This document shows positions 13,172-25,185 of a stretch of 64,000 nt of DNA, in pieces. The stretch spans positions 46,438,001-46,502,000 of the forward strand of contig NC_043006.1 in assembly GCF_006345805.1 (NCBI RefSeq), read 5' to 3'. Both the position numbers and the translations under genes were made by a program. The stretch's first letter is position 1. Each line of letters opens with the position of its first letter. The stretch comes from Octopus sinensis. Taxonomy: Eukaryota. Under the pieces are notes generated by a model. It ran no database searches and had not been told where the DNA came from. It saw nothing but the letters and a program-made list of their open reading frames with translations.

Positions 13172-13302
13172 ATTCAGGTCACTGCTTGGAATTGAACTCG
13201 GAATCTTGGGGTTAGTAGCCCGGGACCTTAACCACTACGCCATATGCCATATGCGGACTACTAACCCAAAGATTCTGAGTTCGATTTCAGGCTGTGACGT
13301 GC

Positions 13303-13304
<2 letters not shown>
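13172..13304. mobile_element. Two tRNA-derived SINE heads arranged head to head (minus 13172-13248, 5'-truncated plus 13252-13304)
   Basis: The minus copy has A box TGGCGTAGTGG, GGG-CTACTAA-CCC anticodon-like arm and B box GAGTTCAATTCC. The plus copy GCGGACTACTAACCCAAAGATTCTGAGTTCGATTTC aligns to it. Confidence 0.7.
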
Positions 13305-13366
<62 letters not shown>

Positions 13367-13401
13367 AATAATAATAACAATAATAATAATAATAATAATA
13401 A

Positions 13402-13445
<44 letters not shown>

Positions 13446-13491
13446 CGAAAAATACCTTAGGAACGAGAACCCAGGTTCGAAATTTCCCCAA

Positions 13492-13537
13492 GACACCTGA
13501 TGAAGGCTGGAGGGTATATCAACCGAAACGTTGAGTT
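13492..13537 (+). ncRNA. Minimal type I hammerhead motif (intact core, extra A, ACGU palindrome)
   Basis: GACAC-CUGAUGA-A-GGCUG-(10 nt)-CAACC-GAA-ACGU-U-GAGUU, with one mismatch each in stems I and II. Confidence 0.75.
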
Positions 13538-13662
13538 AATAACAAACAAGATGAGGACAAATTTCTGTCAAATGTAAATAATGTAGTTATTTGGTAACAT
13601 CTCTAAATTTCCCCGTAGCCACATTTCGTCTGTTTACTTAAAAAGTGACACCTAATTAAAAA

Positions 13663-14049
13663 CTGTGTGGTAAGTATCTTGCTTACCAACTAAATGGTTT
13701 CGGGTTCAGTCCCACTTCGTGGCACCTTGGGCAAATGTCTTCTACTATAGCTGCGGGCCAACCAAAGCCTTGTGGGTGGATTTCGAAGATGGAAACTGAA
13801 AGAACCCCGTCGTATATATGTATATATATGTGTGTGTGTTTGTGTGTCTGTGTTTGTTCCTCCAACATCGCTTGACAAAGCTGGTTTCTTTACGCCCCCG
13901 TAACTTAGCGGTTCGGCAAGAGACACCGATAGAATAAGTCCTAGGCTTACAAATAATCATGTCTGGGATCGATTTGCTCGGCTAAAGGTGATGCTCCAGC
14001 ATGGCCACAGTCAAATGACTGAAAAAAGTAAAAGGGTGAAAGAGTAAAA
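13663..14049 (+). mobile_element. SINE family A copy
   Basis: Homologous to 1566-1963 with a slightly truncated head. Confidence 0.8.
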
Positions 14050-15819
14050 GTGATACATGGCGTTTTTAGTAGATTCAGTTATGTGGAGGCACCACTGGGA
14101 TATACATATATTAAGAAATAGGGTTGTGGTAAGATAGCAAAGTGCTCTGACTACAGTCTTGACAAAGTTTTGTGTTTGGTTTAGAATACGATGTGTAGTA
14201 TAAACACTTGAATTAACTGTATTTGAAATGGTACACTGCTTTACAAATAGATTCTATATCGAATATAAATTTCAGTTTTTCGTTATGTCATTTGGATCAG
14301 ATAAAATTTTGAGCAAGTAAATGTAGTTACATGAGTGTGTGTGTGAGTGTGTGTGTCTGTCTGTGTCTGTGTGCGTAAAAATAGTCAAGTGGTCTTAGGT
14401 GCAACGATAGAAGACCGAATGTCTCTGATGTTACCAACAGATTTGATGCAGGTGTTTTATTTGTCAGCGTGATAAAGATGAAAGAAGAATATCAAGGTAG
14501 GAAGAAAAGATGTAATGCTTACTTTGATACCAAACATATTTGTGAGACGCTTCTTAATATTGGCAACTGGATCGTGGTAGTATCAACTGAGCATCGTAGT
14601 AATGTACTATGAAGCAGTACAAATTTTAATTACAGATCTAAATTATTTTGGCAGTATTGATGAAGCACTGTATGAACGTGACACAGAAGTTTCCTAAATA
14701 TAAAATAGTGTATAGATATTAGTGATATGTTTTATTGTTAGTCCAACTAAAGCATTCAGGTAAGATGAATGTTAGTGATTACCTGATGAATGGCCTTTCA
14801 TTCCTGACAATAATTTAGGAATTTAATCTGACAACCGATCTTTACAGGTTTATACGTTAGATTGAATAAATAATTCATGATAGTAAATTTATTCTGGTTT
14901 AGGATTAATGATACTAAATTAATATAATTTATATGAAGCATTGTGAAATAGAGTGAAAATCATTTATAGAAGCCTCTGCAATGCGAATTAAAAATAAAAG
15001 AGTGACAATGGAAAATAAAAACAAAGATTTGCACTTTTCCCTTATATTGTAGGGTATCGATTTTAAAAATCTCTATTAGCAGAAAATTGAATCAAGAATT
15101 AGCTGTGATATTCAACGATATCTAGAAGGGGATTTGGTTTCCGACATGCACAGATTAGTAATTTTATACTGTTAACTAGTGAAATCCGTGAAATTAGAAG
15201 TAGTATTTTTTTCCTTGGCGAAAGAGAAAATTAATTTATAAATAAGTATGGTGTCAACGCTTTGTATTTTTAAAGCGATTTAGAGCTTACATGATATATC
15301 TTGAAGTGACACCTATACCTGCAAAACAATTCTTCGCGTAATTGCCACCTGAAAAACACCACAACACTATCAAATTACATTCAGAACTCGAGAGACGAAG
15401 GGGTGACATTACCAGCATCTAATGGCATTTTAATATAAAGCACCGATAAAGCAGCGAACAGGCAGAAAAGTTAGCCCACCGAGCGAAATGACTTGTGGTA
15501 TTTCGTCCGCCGAAAGCCAACATTTGCGATCATACATCAAAACTAAATGATGGAATGAAATTTTGTCGACTTTCAGACGAAATGATAAATTTTTTAAGAG
15601 CTTCAACATATCATTCTATGTTGCTTGAATAACGACATTTTAAAACTTACATTATAACTGGTATCAACCGACTGAATAAAACCGTAGTTGATTGCTCTAC
15701 TATTTATAATCAATGTTCACATCACATAAATTAGCATACACACATTTACATATACATGCAAACATGTGCGTGTGTATGTGAGTATAAACACACACATAAC
15801 ACACACACACACATATATC

Positions 15820-16013
15820 ACATCTATTTTCATTCCTCCACCTCACTCTCTATTTCGTATCATATCCAAATTAACTATTACTTAACCATCTTCTCACACC
15901 GTCTCCGATGAAGGGATATAATAAATATCCTAGAAACAGATGTAAGAGCTTCTATTTATAAATGTTCTAAAATCTACACAGCCTTGGGTTTTTTTTTATC
16001 TCATTACGAAAAC

Positions 16014-16015
<2 letters not shown>
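15820..16015 (+). mobile_element. Penelope-like pLTR repeat with hammerhead motif (15901-15948); same family as 37185-37375
   Basis: GUCU-CCGAUGA-A-GGGAUAU-AAUAA-AUAUCCU-A-GAA-ACAGAUGU-A-AGAG. About 190 bp align to the reverse complement of 37185-37375. Flanked by CA and TA runs. Confidence 0.65.
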
Positions 16016-16058
<43 letters not shown>

Positions 16059-16114
16059 ATATATACAGAGAGGGATAGAGAAAGAGAGAAAGATGCATAT
16101 AAGTGTGTGTGTGG

Positions 16115-16155
<41 letters not shown>

Positions 16156-17115
16156 TATATATACTCATATATATACACACACATTCCAAATTGTAACTAC
16201 AGGTGGATTGTTGGCGATTTTTTCCTCCTTCCTTTTCTTTTGGATTTTCCTCGGTCTCTTTCTGAATTATTCCTTTCTACTTCGGTACTCCGTGGTAAAT
16301 CCAGTGGAAAACACAAGCAAACAAATTAATTTTTGCGGAGGGGCTACGCCTCCTCAAAAACACAATTCTTACTGCAAAGTAAGTCTTTTCGCACGACCAC
16401 AGGCAGGCAAATGTCTGGAGCAGAGTGGAGACTGTTACTCACCAAACAAATATTGAATACAGGGCAACAAACTCCACTAAGCCCTCAAATAAATACAACA
16501 AACGCCTACCTGTAGTCGAGCCTCAAAGTTCAATATTTCACGAAAAAGTGACTTCTTCGGTGCAGAACACAATGGTACATGAGCACACCGACAACAAAGA
16601 ATCATGGAAAGTCTCAAAGCTTCATGGGAAGCGAGCTACTTACCACAGAGTCACTCCTGCGCCTGTCTATCTATAAGTATCTATAAGTTTTGTCTAGTGA
16701 ATGTTTTAAAAAAAGATGGGTGAATGTAGCAAGGATGGCACGTATGAATGACCATGATCCTATGAACCGTAAAAATTAATACAGAGAGTTGCTTATTTGT
16801 GAAAAAAAAATATAACATGTGACTTCATTGACCGAGGTTACCATGGTCTTTTCCGTAGGCTTTTCTTTCCACGGGTAAACCTCACCTGTCCTCCCCTTTA
16901 CACTTTATATTGACATTTCTGTGATAACGATCCCTATTGATCAATTTTTTCTTTTTCCTTTTATGCCCCCCCCTTTTTTTTGCTTTCCTCTTTCTTTCCC
17001 TTTACGATCCCTTTTGATTGAAAACCAAACCCCCTTTTTTTATCCCCCAAAAGAAAAGCTCTACCTTGTAATTTGCCCCATCTATGTGCAGGCCAGTTTG
17101 GCTAATAAAGAAACA

Positions 17116-17213
<98 letters not shown>

Positions 17214-18316
17214 CCTACCTACCTGTCTGTTTGTCTGTCTGTCTATTAATGTCTATTTTTTATTAAAGTTAATTTATAATAATGTTATTTAGTAAAGCTG
17301 TAAACTTTTAATAATATTTTTTGGCCATAGCTGTAATGTTAAAAAATATATTTGAATCTAATATCTCCCATGGACTATTGGCTAAGTTTTATACGAAAAT
17401 ACAAGCAAACATACACGTATGACTCTGTCGTCGACATCACAACATAAATAAAATATTCACAGAAAGCGCTTTACTCCGATTACTAAAATTGTTCTTCTAT
17501 TGCAGTTAAATGGAATCTGAAATAAGCTATATATTAAAAAAAGTAAAACAGAATTCTTACTTGCAGTTCTAGTACAAACCTTCCTTTGAAGTAGTTTTAT
17601 TTCAGAGTTAATCAGTTGATAGACAATATAACTTAAACAATAATCGATATTTAAAGATATCTCGAAATAGTTTATTCAACATTCCATTGAATATATTTCT
17701 AGTACAACACAGTAACTCACTTTTATCGTCCGTTCTTTCTGTTGAGGAATAGAGTGAATGAAAACAGCTTCAGATGTCTCTTAGAAATATTAGCATAAGG
17801 GTACTTAAGACAACCAGAAACAAGCAATCACAGTAAGCCAGAATAAAAGTAAAGACAATTTTACAAGTGGGTTTTTCAGAAGGACTAATATATTTTGATG
17901 TATGTATGTATACATACATATCTTAAGTTATATTATACTACACTATATTATATTATATAATATTAAATTATATTATATATACGTATGTGGTTATTTGGAA
18001 AAAGATAACCGAAGTATCATGTTTGTGTACGGAAATAAAATGTAAGAAGTAAAGATGTAAGAAATACAGATTTCTTCTTAGAAATGAAAGGAGATGGTGA
18101 GAAATATAGATGTATATTTAGCTTGATAGAAATATTCGTATTCATACATATAAATGCATATAAACATTCATACGCACACACACACGCAGGGACACACACA
18201 CGCGCGCAGGGACACACGCACACACACATATATATATATGTATATATATAGAGAGAGACCTATATACATATACATATATATATATATATATGCCAATCTT
18301 TCTCTCTATATATATG

Positions 18317-18367
<51 letters not shown>

Positions 18368-18587
18368 ATGTATATATATGTTACATCTCTACATGTACAG
18401 ACCCTCACGCATGCGCAGTTCCGTAGTTTATACCAACACACACGTAGATGCCTATATGTGTGTGTTTGTATATGTGTTTATATGTACACACACATATATA
18501 CACCTTTACGTAATATAAGATTTAAAATTTGTCCCTGCAACTTTGCCTCCCTATTCCATTGATATATATATATATATATATATATAT

Positions 18588-18805
18588 TGGTAAAACGGTA
18601 AGATAACAAGAGAAAGAAAAAGACCTCAATATTATGTAAATAGAGGAAATTTATCTATAAAATAATGTTACATTACTCGATAGTCAAGATAAAACTCTGA
18701 GTGTTCAGATAACCGAAGAGATGACGTTGTGGATTCCCACTTCCGCATCTGAAACTCAGAGTTTTATCTTGACTATCGAGTAATGTAACATATTATTTTA
18801 TAGAT
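18588..18805 (+). mobile_element. Foldback Penelope-like insertion: 58/59-nt near-perfect inverted arms with a hammerhead motif (18708-18768), inside (TA)n
   Basis: Arms 18653-18710 and 18747-18805 differ only by small indels. Motif: GAUAA-CCGAAGA-GAUG..CAUC-U-GAA-ACUCAGAGU-U-UUAUC. Confidence 0.7.
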
Positions 18806-18818
18806 ATAAATATATATA

Positions 18819-18974
<156 letters not shown>

Positions 18975-19922
18975 GTATATATATATGTATGTATACTGTA
19001 TATATATTATATATATACACATATATACATCTATACACCTATCTATGTACTAATATATGTCTGTAAGTTTACATGCACACATATATCTGTGTGTGTGTTT
19101 TGTTTGTATGTGTGTGTTTTGTGTTTGTGTGTGCTGGCGCGGATGTGTGTAAATATAAAGAATATGACTGTTTGAGAAACAGAGTGATGTCGGAATTAGA
19201 AAGATTGACGGAGGTCTAGGGAATGAAAGCAGAATTTTAGGTTAGCGATTAAGAACAAAAGCAGAAAAAGAGAAAGAGGCGAGGTAGTGGCCGAGATAGA
19301 GAATGAAAGTTCACGTATTTCTCTTTTCATTATGTAATTTATTCGGAAAATGCAATTTGTTGATATTTGGTGAATAAACAAAATTTATACTTCCTGTATT
19401 TTATTCTAGACTCTTCGTATGAGCTCTTTTTATTTTGTAGGCTTAAACGATACGATGGCAACCGTAATCAAGCAGAACGAGACGAAACGAGTTGTTCATT
19501 TTAGATGACTGGCTAAGTACTTTTTCTAATTTCTTTTGTAACAAACTTCTGCAGTAAGATAACTTTAAATAATGATGTTGTTGTTGTTGATGTTGTTGTT
19601 GCTGATCATGATGATGATGATAACGACGATGGTGGTTGCGATTATGATGATGATGATGATGATGATGATGAAAATATTAATAACAAAAATAATGATTCTG
19701 AAAGTAAGGCATTGAAGACGTACGAAAGATAAAGAGAAGTGACGTTCATTGCGAGAATAAAATAACGAAATAAATAAACGTAATATATAAATAAAACATC
19801 AGACACAAACGGTCTTCATTAAAGGGACAACACCTACATTATTTTCAGCAAAAGCCTTCTCAACGTCCCGATTAATTACATGCGTCAAAGGCAAAATAGC
19901 ATTTTTTTAAGGCCCTCTTTTA

Positions 19923-20488
19923 TTGGGTTGTTCAGAAAGTTCGTGCCGATTTTTAAAGGAAAGAAAAAGGTCAATAAATACTTGCCATTACATTTTTTAT
20001 CAACCAAGTATGAACCATTTTGTTTCACAATGTGTCTCCATCTTTCCTTTAACTTGAAAATACCCTCTTCCCAGAATTGAGGTGGTTTCATGGCAAAGAA
20101 TTCATCAAAGTATCTATTTACGTCATCCAAGGAATTGAATCTTTTACCATTAAGACTATTCTGCAGAGACCTGAATAAGTGGAAATCCGAAGGTGCAATA
20201 TATCTGGCGAATATGGAGGGCGGGGTAACACATCCCACCCGAGCTGCAGCATTTTTGTCTGGTTCCCAAAGCATCAAATGCGGAAAAGGAATTTCCTTAT
20301 CTTCCATTTTAAAGGTTACAGAATTAACCCAGATTATAGGAACATAAATCTTCTTCCACGAAAAGATAGTTTACACTGTGCTTTAAAAGGAGGTGTAGTC
20401 AAATCATATTTTATGGACTCAACCGTGTTCTAAAATAAGTCGAAAGATAAGCTACTATAAATGGGCACGAACTTTCTGGACAACCCAA
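19923..20488 (-). mobile_element. Internally deleted mariner (MITE-like, about 570 bp) with both TIRs
   Basis: TIRs TTGGGTTGTTCAGAAAGTTCGTGCCGATTT and its near-perfect reverse complement at 20459-20488. The minus strand joins MEDKEIPFPHLMLWE directly to LQLGWDVLPRPPYSPDIAPSDFHLFRSLQNSLNGKRF. Confidence 0.9.
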
Positions 20489-20835
20489 TGCAAGCACTTA
20501 GTGTGAGCTCATTTAGAGTCATCGTTATAGCCTCTAATATATATTGTTCAAGAAATATTATTGAAGGGAGTGCCACGCGTTATCCGCTACATTTACTTGA
20601 ACAGGATGCTGCCAGAGGTATTTCGCTTCTGTCAAGGCTTGGCCAGATACGAAACACTGTCCGCTCACGTTTTAACGAAGGCCGCTCAGAATGTCTTTTG
20701 ACATAATTATTTAACAGTAGACAGTTTGATGTTTCCTCCTCTGAAAGGAGGCGATCGGTCATTATTCTTGAAAATGTCCATTGATAGTGATGAGAATTCT
20801 AGGAGAGGCTAGAAATGTGTAGCCCCCTACTTCCT

Positions 20836-21152
20836 ACAACGAAGGCAGGAAAATATGCAGTGATATACATGTGGAAAACTCTCGAAGTTTATGTACCGAA
20901 CTTTGGCATTCAACGTTATACAAGCAGCAGAACTGGGAACTACTGTTAGTGTCAATGATCCCGACATTGTTGTCAGGACCCAAGAGTAGGTACTGCAACA
21001 GCTTGTGTTTCAATGGCCCACAGCTCTTCAATATCCTCTCAAAAAGTCCGAGAGACGTGAATGATGTGCATGGAGGTGTCTTCAAAACAAAGCTAGATTT
21101 CCTCCAGTCAAGAGTTCGGACGAACTTACCTCGCAGTAAGAAACGCAACTGA
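20836..21152 (+). mobile_element. CR1/L2-group LINE ORF2 C-terminal fragment
   Basis: Reads ..YAVIYMWKTLEVYVPNFGIQRYTSSRTG.. and RYCNSLCFNGPQLFNILSKSPRDVNDVHGGVFKTKLDFL, resembling the GP.LFN.LP..LR......FK..LD motif at the end of CR1/L2-type ORF2. Confidence 0.7.
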
Positions 21153-21866
21153 GGGTCACTAAATTTCACGTCTCAGAGGACGTTTCAAATAGTGACGGTG
21201 TAGTAACGCTAACAGCCGCAGTCCTCGAGATAAATCTAGTAAAGGATAAAGGATAATGAAAATAATAGATATGTTATCGGCTCCGAAATGATGAACAGCA
21301 AAATCAGCATCGACAGAATTCGAACCGAAAACGTAACGTCAGACGAAATTATCTCTAAGCATTTAACCGGCGTTCTAACGATAGTGTAGCGTGCCGCGTA
21401 AATGGTTTCAAATATTGGTACAAAGCCAGCAAATTTAGAGGGAGGGGGTTAGTCGATTCCTTCAACCCCAGTATTCAACTGGTATTTTAATGTATCTACC
21501 CCGAGTGGATGAAAACAGTGTGGACCTCGATGGAATTTAATGACAGAACGTACAGCAGGAATGAATAAAAATATGCATTGTGCTGGCGTGCTACCGATAC
21601 TGTTCGCGCGCCGCTTACATTGTTTCAAATATTGGCACTTGGCCAGCAATTTTAGGCGAGGGAGTAAGTCGATTACACCGACCCCAGTACATAAATGGTA
21701 CTTAATTTATCGACTCACGGAAGGATGAAAGGCAAAGTCGACCTCGGCGGAACTTGATCCCAGAACAGAAAAACGGACGAAATGGAGTAAAGTATTTTTC
21801 CCCGCGTATTAACGATCCTGCCAACTAGCAACCTTAATAATAATAATGATAATAATAATAATAATG

Positions 21867-21922
<56 letters not shown>

Positions 21923-21961
21923 TATTATTATTATTATATTATTATTATTATGATAATAATA

Positions 21962-22093
21962 ATCCTACGCAGAACACTTTCCATACAATAACCATCAGAG
22001 CATCACAACAAATCACAGCACATACCCAAGGCACACAGAGTTGCGCTCGGTAGTGAAGTAAAAGCACGCTATAAAAAATAAAACTACTGAATG

Positions 22094-22154
<61 letters not shown>

Positions 22155-22165
22155 TATTATTATTA

Positions 22166-22198
<33 letters not shown>

Positions 22199-22332
22199 GA
22201 TAATAATAATCCTACGCAGAACACTTTCCATACAATAACCATCAGAGCATCACAACAAATCACAGCACATACCCAGGCACACAGAGTTGCGCTCGGTAGT
22301 GAAGTAAAAGCACGCTATAAAAAATAAAACTA

Positions 22333-22335
<3 letters not shown>
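21962..22335 (+). mobile_element. Two tandem copies of an R4/Dong-like retrotransposon 3' end within (TAA)n
   Basis: ATC CTA CGC AGA ACA CTT TCC ATA CAA TAA (ILRRTLSIQ*) plus 3'UTR at 21962 and 22209; period 247 bp, one 1-nt indel. Confidence 0.55.
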
Positions 22336-22418
<83 letters not shown>

Positions 22419-22647
22419 TAATAACAACAACAATAATAATACTTTCTACTGGGAGCACAAGTCCTCAAATTTGGGGGAAGAGATTAAGTCGATTACATCG
22501 ACCTCTAGTTTTATTTAATCGACCCCGAAAGGATGAAAGGCAAAGTCGACCTCGGCGGAGTTTGATCTTAAAACGTAGCAGCAGCCGAAATACTGCTAAG
22601 CATTTCTCCTGGCGTGCTAACGATCCTGCCAAGTCGCCGCCATAATA

Positions 22648-22720
<73 letters not shown>

Positions 22721-23140
22721 TCCTTGTATTGCGATCACAATATAGTGGCGAAAGTATTTGACAAGATTAGTAAATATAAAGACTTAGAAATTGAAAATAT
22801 GTGGCATCTCAAGGCGACTACAGTACCAGTGATTGTAGGATCTCTAGGAATTATAAAAAAGGTACTGAAACCTATTTGAAAACGATTCCAGGCTTACCAT
22901 CCCTACAGGAAGTGCAAAAAATCGTATTAACTGGAACGGCTCATGTACTGAGAAGAGCATTATCGCTGTGAAAACAACATCCATCCATGTAATTATTTAT
23001 TTATTTATTTTTAAATACATATTTTATCTGTGAATTTGCGTGTGTAAACTGGGAATGCATACAATGAGCTTCTCTGCCCTAGGTGTATGGAAAATACACG
23101 GCGAGAAACGGAAGAAAATTTGAAGAAAGAAAGAAAAAAC
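22721..23140 (+). mobile_element. 5'-truncated RLE-type (R4/Dong-like) non-LTR retrotransposon inserted in a (TAA)n array
   Basis: CDHNIVAKVFDKISKYKDLEIENMWHLKATTVPVIVGSLGII[frameshift]KGTETYLKTIPGLPSLQEVQKIVLTGTAHVLRRALSL* (stop 22969-22971). (TAA)n lies on both sides. Confidence 0.75.
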
Positions 23141-23180
<40 letters not shown>

Positions 23181-24370
23181 CAACAACAACAATAACAGTA
23201 ATAACGATAATCATGATGGTTCTTGGCATTCGAAAGACTGATGAAATCTTGTGGATATATAAGGTTACAGGTAGTAATCTGAAACCACAAAAATCCTGCC
23301 ACGACTAAAACTGAGCCAAACCGAAATGATAATAATTATAACAATAGCTTGAAATTTTAGCACAAGGCCAGTAATTTCAAGGCAGGGGTAAATCGACTCC
23401 TAATTATTCTATCGACAGACGAAAGGGAGAAAAGCAAATTCGATCCCGGCGGAATTTGAACTCAGAACGTAAAGACGGGTTAAATACCCCTAAGAAATTC
23501 CCCCGGCGTGCTAACACTTCTACCTGCTCGTCGCTTATTCTACCTAGGCGCGGGGCCTGAAATTTTTTGGAGGAGGTGGTCAGTTCGGTTACATGAACCC
23601 ATTTCCTCATCTTGTACTTTATTTCATCGATCACAAAAGGATAAATATCAAGGGGAACCATGGCCTAATTTGAACTCAGAAACCAACGTATTCTTCTGCT
23701 AGAGTATATAGATTGATGTCCACAAAATTTATCATGGCAATAATAACTAAAACAATAATAATAATATCCTAAGTATATGATACACAGCTCAAATGAAATC
23801 ACCGTAAAATATATTGCACTGTCGAAACAATGACCAAGTAATAAATACAAGACTAATGGAAATTTAACGGCAACATCAAATAAGTTCATGAAAAATCTAT
23901 CCAATATAATATTGCTATTGTATCAGAGAATTGCCTGAAGAAAGCAATACGTTTTATTTCAATCGCCTTGCTATAATTAACATTCGTATCCTGCTCGGTA
24001 ATCTTTGTGGTTTGCTTATATTTTCGTGTTGTGTTTTTACGTTAGGCTTTTTGTTTTTTACTCAAAATATATGTTGTGACTGGAGTTTTACCTTATTTGT
24101 TTCAAAGATTCGTGATAGTAATGTTATTAATTCATTTCTTAACTCCTGAGTGTAGTGTTTATATTAGGTGTCGTAGCAAGCAGTGTATGTATGTAAATAT
24201 GTGCGTATGTAAATATGTGTGTATTCATGTATGTATTATATTTCTTTAATGTTTATATGTATGTATGCATGTGTGCGTGTGCGTGCATATATGTACGTAC
24301 GTACGTACTTACGTATGTATGTATATACGTACCTATGTATGTGTGTATGTATGTATATACCTATAATATA

Positions 24371-25185
24371 CAAGGTGTCCCAAAAGTCAGTGATGGGTTT
24401 CATATTTTTAATAACTTCCTTAACTTTACAAATAAATGCAAAAAATGTTGATACAATACAAAGGACATAATGGAAATTAATATACACACGAGAAATTTTG
24501 CAACACCTCTATATTACATAGGAAAAATGTTATCACTTAAATGGCAGCCATTTTCGGCTTCACACGCCAAATTCCTTACGAAAACGTGCACCATAATACA
24601 CTCGAGGGTTTCAGACCTCACTTCTCGGATTTCTCTATTTATGTTCTCCTTCAGTTGCATCAGGGTCTCCTGTTTGCTGACGTAAACCCTCTCTTTCTGG
24701 TATCACCACAAGCAAAAATCCGGGCTAGTTAAGTCTGGGGAACGTGGAGGCCAATTGACATTGCTGTAGCGGGAGATTATTCTCTCTAAAGCACTGCCGT
24801 ACAAATGCATTGTTTCTTTTGCGGTATGAGCAATTGCCCCATCATGCTGGAACCATGTCTGAGGTCTACTTTGAATGGCGTTAAAGTTCCCCAGACTTGA
24901 CTAGCCCGGATTTCTTCTTCTGGGGATACTAGAAAGAGAGCGTTTGCGTCAACAAACAGGAAACCCCGCTGGAACTAAAGGAGAACATCAATATAGAAAT
25001 CAGAGAAGAATCTGAAACTATTGAGGGTGTTATGGTGCACGTTTTGGAAAGGGCACGGGCGTAGGAAGCCGAAAATGTCTGCCATTTAAGTGATATTATT
25101 TTTTCATTTGTATTTGATGTATTTATTTGTAAGGTTAAGGAAGTTATAAAAAATTCAAACGAAACAGTTTCTTTTGCGACCCTTG
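24371..25185. mobile_element. Composite of two Tc1/mariner (DD41D rosa-like) 3' halves in head-to-head orientation, TA-flanked
   Basis: Left half (minus) WFQHDGAIAHTAKE...WPPRSPDLTSPDF..W*YQKERVY. Right half (plus) SPDLTSPDFFFWGY*KESVCVNK. Ends TA-CAAGG ... CCTTG-TA. Confidence 0.8.

Noticed and set aside
13172-13248. tRNA-like sequences here and in the SINE heads (e.g. 47860-47933)
   Set aside because: No complete cloverleaf or acceptor stem; they continue into SINE bodies, so they are not tRNA genes.
14400-14760. Possible very old LINE RT remnants (also 11300-11750 and 25540-25730)
   Set aside because: Motif resemblance is too degraded to call without a profile search.
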